A stretch of 64,000 nucleotides of DNA from contig JAYQPE010000003.1 in the NCBI GenBank assembly GCA_038145175.1, positions 11,440 to 75,439 on the forward strand, read 5' to 3'. The DNA is from Actinomycetes bacterium (GTDB lineage Bacteria; Actinomycetota; Actinomycetes; S36-B12; UBA5976). This document shows positions 8,868-18,486 of this stretch, one piece after another. The notes beneath the pieces are model-generated. The model saw only the letters and a list, made by a program, of their open reading frames with translations. It did not search any database and was not told the origin of the DNA. Numbering within the stretch: position 1 is the stretch's first letter; each line of letters begins with the position of its first letter. A program made the position numbers and the translations under genes.

Positions 8868-9533
8868 TTATTTACTGGCTGTTATTGCTAAATTGCGTAA
8901 TTCCATCATTGCCTTTTCTGGATCCGTTGTTGCAAAAGCAGCTGATCCCACTACTAAAAAATCCGCTCCCGCTTTAGTGGCTTTTTCAATTGTTTCAAAA
9001 CCAACACCACCATCAACTTGAATCCAAACATCTAATTTATTTTTTGAGATTTCCTTGCGTGCTTGCTCAACTTTTTGGAGCATGTCATCCATAAATTTTT
9101 GTCCACCAAAACCAGGTTCAACTGTCATAACTAGTAAGACATCTATTTGAGGTAGTAATTCCTTAACTTGTTCAAAAGAGGTTTTAGGTTTTATGGCGAC
9201 ACCTACCATTTTATTCAAATTGTGAATATCTTTAATTATTTTCATAGGATCATTTGCCGCTTCAAGATGAAAAGTGATTGAGTCAGCTCCTGCATCTGCA
9301 AAATCACAAGCCCACCGATCTGGATGCTCGATCATTAAATGTGCATCAAGAGGCTTAATTCTTTTTTTCGATAATGATTCCAATAGACTTTTTCCAAAAC
9401 TTAGATTTGGTACGAAATGATTGTCCATCACATCAAAGTGAATCCAATCAATGGATTCTTTTACATCTAAGATTTCTTTTTCAAGGTTAATAGGATCGGC
9501 GTTTAGAATGCTTGCCGCAATTTTTATATCCAT
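8868..9533 (-). CDS. rpe: Ribulose-phosphate 3-epimerase
   Basis: 221 aa with IHFDVMDNHFVPNLSFG, MTVEPGFGGQKF and VDGGV motifs. Confidence 0.93.
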   Translation of the reverse strand: MDIKIAASILNADPINLEKEILDVKESIDWIHFDVMDNHFVPNLSFGKSLLESLSKKRIKPLDAHLMIEHPDRWACDFADAGADSITFHLEAANDPMKIIKDIHNLNKMVGVAIKPKTSFEQVKELLPQIDVLLVMTVEPGFGGQKFMDDMLQKVEQARKEISKNKLDVWIQVDGGVGFETIEKATKAGADFLVVGSAAFATTDPEKAMMELRNLAITASK

Positions 9534-9585
9534 AGGTATAGGTTACTGGTTAGAGAATGCATCCAATTGCAAGCAATCGGTAATA

Positions 9586-10500
9586 TTATTCAAATTTTAG
9601 ATTTTCTTTCGACTGAACACCATTTAACCAAGCAAGCGCTAGCATTCTTTTCCTTCCTTGTGGAATAACTTCGTCCAATACTAGTGAAACTGAATTTGTT
9701 CCTACATGAACTGACTTTGATCTTATTTGAATGTGACCTGGTGGTAATTTTTCTGAATCTGAATTTAAATAATTTAATATTTTTATCTTATTTCCCGCAA
9801 AATGAGTCCAAGCACTTAAATTATCATTTCCTGTTCTAATTATTGATTTAATTTTCTCCAGACTTTGATTCCAATCGATTCTTAAGTCTTTGTCTGTCAA
9901 TTTTGGAGCATACGAGATTTTTCCTGTTTGAACCTTTTTTTGAACTCTTTCATTTTCGATATCATCAAGAAACACATCTAAATTTTCTGAAGCAAGATTG
10001 TTTAATTCAGTGATAAGTTCATCATGGGTGTGATTATTTAATTCTATTTTTTTCTGTAGCAATATTGGGCCAGTATCTAAACCTTTATCGATTTGAAACC
10101 AAGTTATACCTGTTTCTGCCTGATTGTTCAAAATCGACCATTGAACAGGTGCTGCTCCTCGAAGATCTGGTAGAAGTGAGTAGTGCAAATTTATCCAACC
10201 GTATTTTGGTTTATCCAATAGTTGACTTGGAATTAATTGGCCAAATGCCACTACTACTGCAATATCGAATTCCAAATTTTTTAAAGTTTTATCAAATAGT
10301 TTTTCAATGCTTTCAGTCTCAAAGAATCTTATATTGTTATCTATGCAATAACTAGCTATATCTGTTTTACTTAATTGTTTGTCTCGTCCTTTTGGCTTTG
10401 CTGATTGTGTTACTACCCCTATTAATTCATGTTTTGAATCCTTAATTCTTGCAAGAATAGGAATTGCTGACTTAGGAGAACCGCAAAATAGAATCTTCAT
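9586..10500 (-). CDS. fmt: Methionyl-tRNA formyltransferase
   Basis: 304 aa beginning MKILFCGSPKSAIPIL, with INLHYSLLPDLRGAAPVQWSI. def-fmt linkage. Confidence 0.9.
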   Translation of the reverse strand: MKILFCGSPKSAIPILARIKDSKHELIGVVTQSAKPKGRDKQLSKTDIASYCIDNNIRFFETESIEKLFDKTLKNLEFDIAVVVAFGQLIPSQLLDKPKYGWINLHYSLLPDLRGAAPVQWSILNNQAETGITWFQIDKGLDTGPILLQKKIELNNHTHDELITELNNLASENLDVFLDDIENERVQKKVQTGKISYAPKLTDKDLRIDWNQSLEKIKSIIRTGNDNLSAWTHFAGNKIKILNYLNSDSEKLPPGHIQIRSKSVHVGTNSVSLVLDEVIPQGRKRMLALAWLNGVQSKENLKFE

Positions 10501-11049
10501 TTAGATAGATAATCCAAAAGTGTCGTGAGGGCTTACTTTCACAGTGAGTTTTTCTCCCCCAAACCATTCTGATTCTCTAATAGCTTTCATTGCCAGTTTT
10601 CGAGTTTCATTATCCAATCTGTCCACGAAAATAATTCCATCTAAATGATCTGTTTCATGCTGAATACATCTTGCTAAAAGTTCTGAACCCTCTATAACAA
10701 CATCTTCGCCAAACATGTTTTTACCAGTAGCAATAACTCCAAATGATCTTTCGGTATTAAAAGCAAGACCTGGAACTGATAAACAACCCTCATCACCGAT
10801 TTGATTTTGCTCAGATAATTTCAGCACTGGATTTATTAGATGTCCTGGTTTATCTTCCTCGACACAATAGGTAAAAACTCTTAAGGAAACTCCAATTTGT
10901 GGTGCAGCTAAACCAACACCTGGTGCTTCAAGCATAGTCTCTGTTAAATCTTTTACAAGATTTCGTATTTCTTTGTCAAAATCTTTAACCTCATCAGCTT
11001 TTCTGGTAAGTATTGGATCACCAAAAACTTTAATAGATTTAATTGACAT
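10501..11049 (-). CDS. def: Peptide deformylase
   Basis: Motifs GVGLAAPQIG, EGCLSVPG and HETDHLDG. Confidence 0.94.
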   Translation of the reverse strand: MSIKSIKVFGDPILTRKADEVKDFDKEIRNLVKDLTETMLEAPGVGLAAPQIGVSLRVFTYCVEEDKPGHLINPVLKLSEQNQIGDEGCLSVPGLAFNTERSFGVIATGKNMFGEDVVIEGSELLARCIQHETDHLDGIIFVDRLDNETRKLAMKAIRESEWFGGEKLTVKVSPHDTFGLSI

Positions 11050-11073
11050 ATTTAATATTGTATTACTTTCGAT

Positions 11074-12933
11074 CTAATCTATATCGTAAGGATTATATTT
11101 AACTCTCACAGGATTTCTTTTTTTCAGACTAAATCGATTAATTAATGCTTTTAATTCAATTGGGAACCTATTTTTATTATTTGTCATAAACACGATTCTT
11201 GCCTCATTATTTGGCTCATCGATGTTTGGTCCAAGTGTTACAAGTTCTTCGATATCATTTAATTCTAAATTTATTTCATTGATTTCCTCTAATAACCCAG
11301 TGACTACATATGTATCATAAATTGGATACATCTTGATTTCTTCTCTAATTTTGAATTCTTGTTCTAAATACCAGTTACTTGACTTCTTAATAAATGATTG
11401 AATAACCCGATTGTCTGTATCCAAGTTGATGAAGACTTTTCCTAATTCAGATTTTTTGCTGACTAAACTTATGGCATTAATCCATTTTCTGTAAGTATCT
11501 TCATTGCTCGATAATCCAGCTTTTGCCAGATATAAATAGGCATCGATAACTATGAGAGCTGAATATGGCACTTGTGAAATAGGTTCTGCACCCGGAGTTG
11601 CTACTACGATGCACTTTTCGTTTTTAATTTTTCTTAAAATATTCTTCCCACCTGAAGTAACTATTTTTACACCTGGGAAGGATTTTCCAATTTCTTCAAC
11701 TATTTTTTTCTGTCCAGAGACTGTGGTTATATTTTTTGTTGATTTGCAATATTGACATTGCCAAAATGTCACCGATTTTGCACACCACTTACATTGCAGG
11801 ATTTGGTTCTTATCACTTTTAAATAATGGTCCAGAGCACTTATTACAACGCAAACTCTCTCTGCATTCTAAGCACTGCAAATTACTTGCATATCCAAGTC
11901 TTGGAACTTGAATTAAAACATTTGAGCGAGTTAATCCATCTTGAATGATTTTCCAGGCAAGACTAGGAATCATTTTTGTTTTCTCTAGAGGATCTTCTGA
12001 TATGTTCCAATTAATTTCAGGCCAAAAATCTTCTTTAGAATCAATAGTTAATTCATGAACCAAATAATTCTTTATTTCCATATATGTCTTTATACTTTTG
12101 CCAAATCCTGCTAGAAGTAAGTAAGAATCATTAACTTGACTTCGATTGATACTAACTTGCCTGACGTTCCAATACGGTGATTGCTGAGAATAATAATTTT
12201 CTTCGCAGTCATCCCAGACTATGATGAGTCCTAAATTCGTTACTGGGGCAAATACGGCATTTCTTGTTCCAACAACTACATCAATTTCATTTGTTAATAT
12301 CTCTAAGATTGACTCATATCTATAACCTGGTTCTTGTTCAGCGCAAAGGATTCTTGAATTTATCCGCGTTTCATCTAAATATTGTTTAAAGTTTAAAACT
12401 TGATTAAAGTTTGGAAAAATAACTATGGTTTGTTTTAAATTCGTTTTAACTTCATTGATCAAATTAAGAAAATACTGGTAATAATCATAAGTTGGTGGAA
12501 ATTCAATGCTATTCTTTCTATTTTTGAAACTTTTCAATTCAAAATTCGCAGTTAAGTGTTTACTACTTTTTAGGTTCCTAAATTTTTTTTCAATCTTTGC
12601 CTGCCTAGGTGGAATGCTAAAGCGTAAACAGTCGTTTAATGTTCCCATGAATTGATCAGATGTGATTCGACAAATTTCCACAATATCTGGTTTGAGGACT
12701 GGAAATTCTGAGATTACTTTCTCAATTTTTGAAAGTTTCTTGTTTTCAAGTTGAGACTTTGATCTTTCTACAACCCAGCCTTCTAGATGTCTGCCTGCAA
12801 ACTTTACTTTGACTTTTACACCTGGTTGACAAAGTTCGTTTAACTCTTCTGGAATCAGGTAATCAAAAGGGTAATCCAAATGAGGAAGTGATAAATCTAA
12901 AACAACTTTTGCTACTGGTAAGTGTTGCGTCAA
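11074..12933 (-). CDS. priA: Primosomal protein N-prime (actinobacterial type, helicase ATPase motifs degenerate)
   Basis: 619 aa. N-terminal LDYPFDYLIPE 3'-DNA-binding region. Four CxxC pairs (CLECRESLRCNKCSGPL...CKWCAKS...CQYCKS). Position between metK and def as in actinobacteria. Confidence 0.8.
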   Translation of the reverse strand: MTQHLPVAKVVLDLSLPHLDYPFDYLIPEELNELCQPGVKVKVKFAGRHLEGWVVERSKSQLENKKLSKIEKVISEFPVLKPDIVEICRITSDQFMGTLNDCLRFSIPPRQAKIEKKFRNLKSSKHLTANFELKSFKNRKNSIEFPPTYDYYQYFLNLINEVKTNLKQTIVIFPNFNQVLNFKQYLDETRINSRILCAEQEPGYRYESILEILTNEIDVVVGTRNAVFAPVTNLGLIIVWDDCEENYYSQQSPYWNVRQVSINRSQVNDSYLLLAGFGKSIKTYMEIKNYLVHELTIDSKEDFWPEINWNISEDPLEKTKMIPSLAWKIIQDGLTRSNVLIQVPRLGYASNLQCLECRESLRCNKCSGPLFKSDKNQILQCKWCAKSVTFWQCQYCKSTKNITTVSGQKKIVEEIGKSFPGVKIVTSGGKNILRKIKNEKCIVVATPGAEPISQVPYSALIVIDAYLYLAKAGLSSNEDTYRKWINAISLVSKKSELGKVFINLDTDNRVIQSFIKKSSNWYLEQEFKIREEIKMYPIYDTYVVTGLLEEINEINLELNDIEELVTLGPNIDEPNNEARIVFMTNNKNRFPIELKALINRFSLKKRNPVRVKYNPYDID

Positions 12934-12954
12934 TTCGCTAACACCTACTTACAT

Positions 12955-14154
12955 TTACTTTGATATCGCAGATTTTAGGGCTTCTGCTCTATCTGTTTTT
13001 TCCCAAGTAAAATCTTGATCTTCTCTTCCAAAGTGACCATAGGCAGCAGTTTTTCTATAAATTGGTCTCTTTAGATTCAAATCTCTAATGATTGCTGCAG
13101 GTCTTAAGTCAAAAACTTTCAAAATAGCCTCTTGAATTTTTTCATCACTTACGATTCCTGTTCCAAAAGTTTCAACAAATACACCGACTGGTTGTGCTTT
13201 CCCGATTGCATAAGCAACTTGCACTTCACACCTTTGCGCTAAACCAGCAGCAATAACATTTTTTGCTACCCAACGCATTGCATAAGCTGCAGATCTATCA
13301 ACTTTGGAAGGATCTTTCCCAGAAAATGCTCCACCGCCATGTCGACTCATTCCACCATAAGTGTCAACAATGATTTTTCTTCCTGTTAACCCAGCATCAC
13401 CCATTGGTCCACCTATTTCAAAACGTCCCGTTGGATTTACTAATAATCGATAATTGCTGGTATCTAGTGACACATCTAGTGACTCCAAAACTTTTTTTAC
13501 CACATGTTTTTCTATGTCTGGTTTTAATTGTTTCTCTAAATCAACTTCTGCAGCATGTTGCGAAGATATAACAATTGTGTCTAGTCGAACCGGTTTATTG
13601 TTTTCGTCATATTCAATAGTTACTTGTGTTTTTCCATCTGGTCTTAAATAAGCTAGCGTTCCATTTTTTCTGACTTCGGTCAGTTTCTCAGCTAATCTGT
13701 GTGCTAAAAAAATTGGCAGTGGCATTAAGGATTTCGTGTCGTTGCAGGCATAGCCAAACATAAGACCTTGATCTCCTGCGCCTTGTTTGTCTAAAGGATC
13801 TTGTGATCCGGTTCTTTCCTCTAATGCATCATTTACACCTTGAGCAATATCTGGGGATTGTTTACCAATTGAAACAGAAACTCCACACGAGTTTCCATCG
13901 AATCCTTTAACTGAAGAGTCATAACCTATTTGTGTTACTACTTGTCTGATAATTTCGGGAACATCTGTGTATCCACTAGTAGTTACTTCACCAGCAACAT
14001 GAACTTGACCAGTAGTAATTAAAGTTTCAACAGCAACTCTGCTATGTGGATCTTGTCGTAACATGTCATCTAAAATTGAATCACTTATTTGATCAGCAAT
14101 TTTGTCTGGATGACCTTCAGTAACCGATTCAGAAGTAAACAAACGTCCAGCCAT
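12955..14154 (-). CDS. metK: S-adenosylmethionine synthase
   Basis: 399 aa with [32 protein letters not shown] and [16 protein letters not shown]. Confidence 0.97.
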   Translation of the reverse strand: MAGRLFTSESVTEGHPDKIADQISDSILDDMLRQDPHSRVAVETLITTGQVHVAGEVTTSGYTDVPEIIRQVVTQIGYDSSVKGFDGNSCGVSVSIGKQSPDIAQGVNDALEERTGSQDPLDKQGAGDQGLMFGYACNDTKSLMPLPIFLAHRLAEKLTEVRKNGTLAYLRPDGKTQVTIEYDENNKPVRLDTIVISSQHAAEVDLEKQLKPDIEKHVVKKVLESLDVSLDTSNYRLLVNPTGRFEIGGPMGDAGLTGRKIIVDTYGGMSRHGGGAFSGKDPSKVDRSAAYAMRWVAKNVIAAGLAQRCEVQVAYAIGKAQPVGVFVETFGTGIVSDEKIQEAILKVFDLRPAAIIRDLNLKRPIYRKTAAYGHFGREDQDFTWEKTDRAEALKSAISK

Positions 14155-14187
14155 TAAAAGAACCTCTCTATTTTAATATTCCTGTGG

Positions 14188-15441
14188 TCACACAAGGTCG
14201 GGCTCGACCGGACTTTTCTTAATACTACCAACTTTAACTAGAAGGGCTGACAAATAATCTAAAGCCTCATTTGCAAGGTCTAATTTATTCTTTAATTCCA
14301 ACTTTTTAGTCTTTTCACGAGTAACCATTAAGAATTCGTTATTTGTAGATTCCATGGCCTGATCTTTAATAACCTTGTTTGCAAAAATTACATCACAACC
14401 TTTTTGATTAAGCTTTAAAATGGCAGATTTTTCAAGTAGTTCATCATCTTCGATAGTTTCAGCAGCAAATCCCACAACTAGTTGCTTATTGGTTTTATTT
14501 TTGGAAATTTCCTGCAGGATATCAGGATTTTTTACTAGTTCTAATGTAATTTCATCACTTATTTTTTTAATTTTTTGTTCTGATTTATTTTTAACTTTAT
14601 AGTCTGATACTGCAGCATTCATTATGACAAGATCATAATCTTTTACTCTGATTATCATTTCATCTCTTAATTGTGAAACATCTTCAACAGCCACAAAATC
14701 ACAACCAGCGGGTAAGTCAGTTTTGAGATTTGCTCCCACTACACACACCTTTGCTCCGCGAGAAATTGCAGCTTTTGCAAAAGCTAAACCTTGAATCCCA
14801 CTTGATCTATTTCCGATGAAACGAATTGGATCAATTGCTTCCCTGGTACCACCTGCAGAAATTAGTACCTTAACATTTTTTAAATCTTGAACTGGGTTTA
14901 TTTCATTTCTTTTTAGAACATTGTTAACTATTTCTACAAGTTTGATTGGATCTGGAAGTCTGCCAGCTCCTGAATCTTCACTTGTTAACGCCCCTTTTTC
15001 TGGATTAATTATCAAAAACTCTCTTAGTTTTAATTTTTGAATATTTTCTTGAGTAGCAAGATTTTCCCACATTTCTGTGTGCATGGCAGGTGCTAAAACT
15101 TTTGGACATTTTGCTGTGAGCAAAGTTGCTAATAGCGCGTTATCAGCAAAGCCATTAGCAAGATGGGCTAAAAAATCAGCGGTTGCTGGTGCAACTAAAA
15201 CTATTTTTGCCTTCTTAGCAATTTTTACATGTTCAACTTCATGAGGTTTATTCCAAATATCGCTAACGACTTCCCTGCCACTTAATGCAGCAAGTGTTGC
15301 TTCTCCAATAAAATTTAAAGCACTTTTTGTTGCAATCACCTGCACGTCAAAATTTTGATCGCGAAGTCTTCTAATTATTTCGGCGGACTTATAAGCAGCG
15401 ATACCACCAGTAACACCTAAAACCACTAAAGGCTTAGTCAT
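14188..15441 (-). CDS. coaBC: Bifunctional phosphopantothenoylcysteine decarboxylase / phosphopantothenate--cysteine ligase
   Basis: 417 aa. N-terminal flavoprotein domain (GVTGGIAAYKSAE, APAMHTEMW) and C-terminal CoaB domain (ISAGGTREAIDPIRFIGNRSSG). Confidence 0.92.
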   Translation of the reverse strand: MTKPLVVLGVTGGIAAYKSAEIIRRLRDQNFDVQVIATKSALNFIGEATLAALSGREVVSDIWNKPHEVEHVKIAKKAKIVLVAPATADFLAHLANGFADNALLATLLTAKCPKVLAPAMHTEMWENLATQENIQKLKLREFLIINPEKGALTSEDSGAGRLPDPIKLVEIVNNVLKRNEINPVQDLKNVKVLISAGGTREAIDPIRFIGNRSSGIQGLAFAKAAISRGAKVCVVGANLKTDLPAGCDFVAVEDVSQLRDEMIIRVKDYDLVIMNAAVSDYKVKNKSEQKIKKISDEITLELVKNPDILQEISKNKTNKQLVVGFAAETIEDDELLEKSAILKLNQKGCDVIFANKVIKDQAMESTNNEFLMVTREKTKKLELKNKLDLANEALDYLSALLVKVGSIKKSPVEPDLV

Positions 15442-15452
15442 AAAATTACTTC

Positions 15453-15899
15453 TTAGTTGTTTTCTGACTTATTCTCTTCTGTATTTTCTACAGTTTCATT
15501 TGACTCTTCAATAACTTCACTTGATTCATCTTGATACACACCAGCAAAAGAATTGTCATAACTTGCGTTGTATCTTTGTTGAGCTTGAATAGCGGCTAAT
15601 CTTCTTTGCTCCATTTCAGCAGCTTCTTGCGCTAAAACTTCTGGTTCAACGTGTTCTGTTTTTAATAACTTAGAATTAATTTCTCGTAATGCAATTGATA
15701 ATGGTTTTTCTTGAAGTTGCGTTTCAACAAGTGGACCAACGTATTCAAGTAATCCTTCACCAAGTTGTGAATAGTAAGCATTAATTTGACGTGCACGTTT
15801 AGCTGCATAAATTACTAATTGATATTTAGATCCTGCTGTGTCTAATAAATCGTCTATAGGAGGATTTGTGATTCCTTCTGGTTTTACTGGTGCAGCCAC
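15453..15899 (-). CDS. rpoZ: DNA-directed RNA polymerase subunit omega (with long acidic C-terminal tail)
   Basis: [10 protein letters not shown]...[20 protein letters not shown] is the actinobacterial RpoZ core. GTG start. 148 aa, with a tail rich in E, N and S. Confidence 0.85.
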   Translation of the reverse strand: MAAPVKPEGITNPPIDDLLDTAGSKYQLVIYAAKRARQINAYYSQLGEGLLEYVGPLVETQLQEKPLSIALREINSKLLKTEHVEPEVLAQEAAEMEQRRLAAIQAQQRYNASYDNSFAGVYQDESSEVIEESNETVENTEENKSENN

Positions 15900-15938
15900 G
15901 TTTTCTAGACCTCACTCTTTCAAAAATTTATTATGGAC

Positions 15939-16493
15939 TTAATCAAGCCCTAATAAGGCTATCAGTTCATCTACAGTGGACTGAACATCCTCATTGATCA
16001 CCACAGCGTCAAACTCATTTTCTGCCTTTAATTCGTCTAATGCAACCTGAAGCCTTATATCTAACTCTTCATTTGATTCAGTACCTCTGGTAATTAATCT
16101 GCGTTTTAACTCTTCTATTGAAGGTGGCTTAAGCATGACCAAAAATGATTCTGGCATTGCTTTTTTGATTTGTCTTGCACCTTGTAAATCAATTTCTAGA
16201 ACGACCATTTGATTATTTTTAATTCTGTCTTCAACTGGTTTTCTAGGCGTGCCATACCAAGAACCTGCAAATTTTGCATATTCTAATAATTTGTTTTCGT
16301 TTATTTGTTTATTAAATTCTTCTTCTGTTAAGAATTGATAATGGTCATCGTGTTTTTCTTCTGGTCTTGGTTTTCTAGTTGTTGCCGATACTGACAAGTA
16401 AACTTCAGGTTTTTTCTTAACTAATTCTCTGACTACAGTTCCTTTTCCAACTCCTGACGGTCCAGCTAAGACAATTAATGATGCCTTCATCAA
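15939..16493 (-). CDS. gmk: Guanylate kinase
   Basis: P-loop GPSGVGKGT, followed by SVSATTRKPRPEE and YGT motifs. Confidence 0.94.
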   Translation of the reverse strand: MMKASLIVLAGPSGVGKGTVVRELVKKKPEVYLSVSATTRKPRPEEKHDDHYQFLTEEEFNKQINENKLLEYAKFAGSWYGTPRKPVEDRIKNNQMVVLEIDLQGARQIKKAMPESFLVMLKPPSIEELKRRLITRGTESNEELDIRLQVALDELKAENEFDAVVINEDVQSTVDELIALLGLD

Positions 16494-16801
16494 TTAAATT
16501 CCTCGAGCAAGGCATTAATTTGGTGTGGGCCTAACCCTTTCAATCTTCTACTTTGAGCAATACCTATTCTTTCCATTAAATTTTCTGCTCTAATTTTTCC
16601 CACTCCTGGCATTGACTCTAAAAGTGCCATTACTTTCATTTTTGCGATTGCTTCATTAGAACTTACTTGTTCAAAAGTAGCTTTTAAAGTGAGTTGACCA
16701 TTTTTTAATTTTTCCCTTAGCTCTGCCCTAATTTTTCTATTTGCGGCCGCTTTTAAAATGGCAGCTTGTCGTTCTTCTTTTGTCAGAGAGGGTAAGGCCA
16801 T
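16490..16801 (-). CDS. mihF: Actinobacterial integration host factor MihF
   Basis: 103 aa. LTKEERQAAILKAAANRKIRAELREKLK...KMKVMALLESMPGVGKIRA...RRLKGLG aligns with mycobacterial mIHF. mihF-gmk-rpoZ synteny. Confidence 0.87.
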   Translation of the reverse strand: MALPSLTKEERQAAILKAAANRKIRAELREKLKNGQLTLKATFEQVSSNEAIAKMKVMALLESMPGVGKIRAENLMERIGIAQSRRLKGLGPHQINALLEEFN

Positions 16802-16849
16802 GGGTTCATCTTTCCATTAGATTTATTTTATTCAAAGGACAGGCCTTAA

Positions 16850-17536
16850 TTAATAATTATTTATTTCTTCCTGTAACTGCTGGCATGCGATTTTTATTGA
16901 AGAACTTGCTGTTATTGGTCTACCAATAACAAGTAAATTTGCGCCATCTTGTAACGCTTGACGAGGTGTTGCTACTCTTTTTTGATCATCCAAACTTGAT
17001 CCTGCAGGTCTTATTCCAGGAGTTATCAATACCACTTCTTTTCCCACAGCATTTCTTATTACTGCAACTTCTTGAGCACTGCAAACAATTGCTTTTGCCC
17101 CAGCTTCAACTGCTAGTTGTGCCAAATGAATTGCACTATCTCTAGGCTCTAATTTGTAACCTATTTTTTTAAGACTTTCCTCATTCAAAGACGTAAGAAT
17201 TGTTACTGCTGTGATTAAGGTATTTGGAAGAGTCTTTACTGCACTTTCAATCATTTCTTTACCACCCGAAGCATGAACAGTTAAATATTTCGGATTTAAA
17301 TCCTTTATTGAATTACAAGCACCAATTACTGTTGCTGGAATATCATGCAGTTTTAAATCTAGGAAAATGTCACAATCAGATATTGCTTTTATATCCTGAA
17401 TGGCTTTTTTGCCATCTCTTAGATATGTTTCTAACCCAATTTTTAAAGTTGAAACAAAGTTTGAAGCTTCTTGGGCCCAATTTTTAGCAGTATCTAAATC
17501 AGGAGCATCAAGTGCTAAAGCGATAGGTAATTTCAT
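16850..17536 (-). CDS. pyrF: Orotidine 5'-phosphate decarboxylase
   Basis: 228 aa with ALDAPDL, FLDLKLHDIP and LVIGRPIT motifs. Confidence 0.9.
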   Translation of the reverse strand: MKLPIALALDAPDLDTAKNWAQEASNFVSTLKIGLETYLRDGKKAIQDIKAISDCDIFLDLKLHDIPATVIGACNSIKDLNPKYLTVHASGGKEMIESAVKTLPNTLITAVTILTSLNEESLKKIGYKLEPRDSAIHLAQLAVEAGAKAIVCSAQEVAVIRNAVGKEVVLITPGIRPAGSSLDDQKRVATPRQALQDGANLLVIGRPITASSSIKIACQQLQEEINNY

Positions 17537-18486
17537 ATTTGTTCTTTGTGTGCAGCATTTATGACATCATTAATAGATCTGAAACTTTTCTCATTTAGTA
17601 ATTCACATACCTCATCATGAATTCTGACACATGCCTCTGGATCATTAAAAACCATTGTTCCTACACTTATTGCGTTTGCTCCTGCTGCAAAAAATTCCAA
17701 AGCATCATTTCCAGTTCTAATTCCTCCCATCCCGATTATGGGCACTTTTGGTAAGGCTTGTCTTATTTGATACACGCATCTAACTGCAACTGGTCGAATG
17801 GCAGGTCCTGAAAGTCCACCAGTTTTGCCGCTTAATTTAGGTCTTAAAGTCTTAGTGTCTATGACCATTCCCAGCAAAGTATTAATAACACTTAATCCAT
17901 CTGCTCCTGCATTTACTACTGCTTTTGCAATATGAGCAATATCAGTTACATCTGGTGAGAGCTTGGCAAAAATTGGCACTGAACTTGAGGAATTTCTTTT
18001 TACCGAGTGAATAACTTCAGTTGCTGAATTTGGATCACAAGCAAAAACTAATCCTCTGTTTTCAACATTTGGACAACTTATGTTTACTTCAATACCAATT
18101 ACTCCGGAAATATCTCTTAATTTTTCGGCAATTTTTCCATATTCTTCAACACTATTGCCAGCAATAGAAACGATAGTTTTTGCGCCTTTTTGATTAAGCC
18201 AAGCTAAATCTTTTTCAATAAAATCATCGATACCTGGGCCTTGAAGTCCAATTCCATTTAACATTCCACTTGGGGTTTCAGCCATTCTTGGTGTGGCTCT
18301 TCCAGATCTTGGTTGAAGCATCACACTTTTTGTAACAACTGCTCCAATTGAGGTTATGTCAATGAATTGATCTAATTCTTTTCCTGCAGCAGCACAACCA
18401 GAAGCTGTAAAAATTGGGCTGGGTAATTTTTGATTCATGAAATCAATTGACATGTCAATTGATGATCTTTTTGGAAATCTTTTCAT
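17533..18486 (-). CDS. pyrD: Dihydroorotate dehydrogenase, class 1B catalytic subunit
   Basis: 317 aa with ASGCAAAGKE, NISCPNV and IIGMGGI motifs. Immediately preceded by pyrK. Confidence 0.9.
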   Translation of the reverse strand: MKRFPKRSSIDMSIDFMNQKLPSPIFTASGCAAAGKELDQFIDITSIGAVVTKSVMLQPRSGRATPRMAETPSGMLNGIGLQGPGIDDFIEKDLAWLNQKGAKTIVSIAGNSVEEYGKIAEKLRDISGVIGIEVNISCPNVENRGLVFACDPNSATEVIHSVKRNSSSSVPIFAKLSPDVTDIAHIAKAVVNAGADGLSVINTLLGMVIDTKTLRPKLSGKTGGLSGPAIRPVAVRCVYQIRQALPKVPIIGMGGIRTGNDALEFFAAGANAISVGTMVFNDPEACVRIHDEVCELLNEKSFRSINDVINAAHKEQI

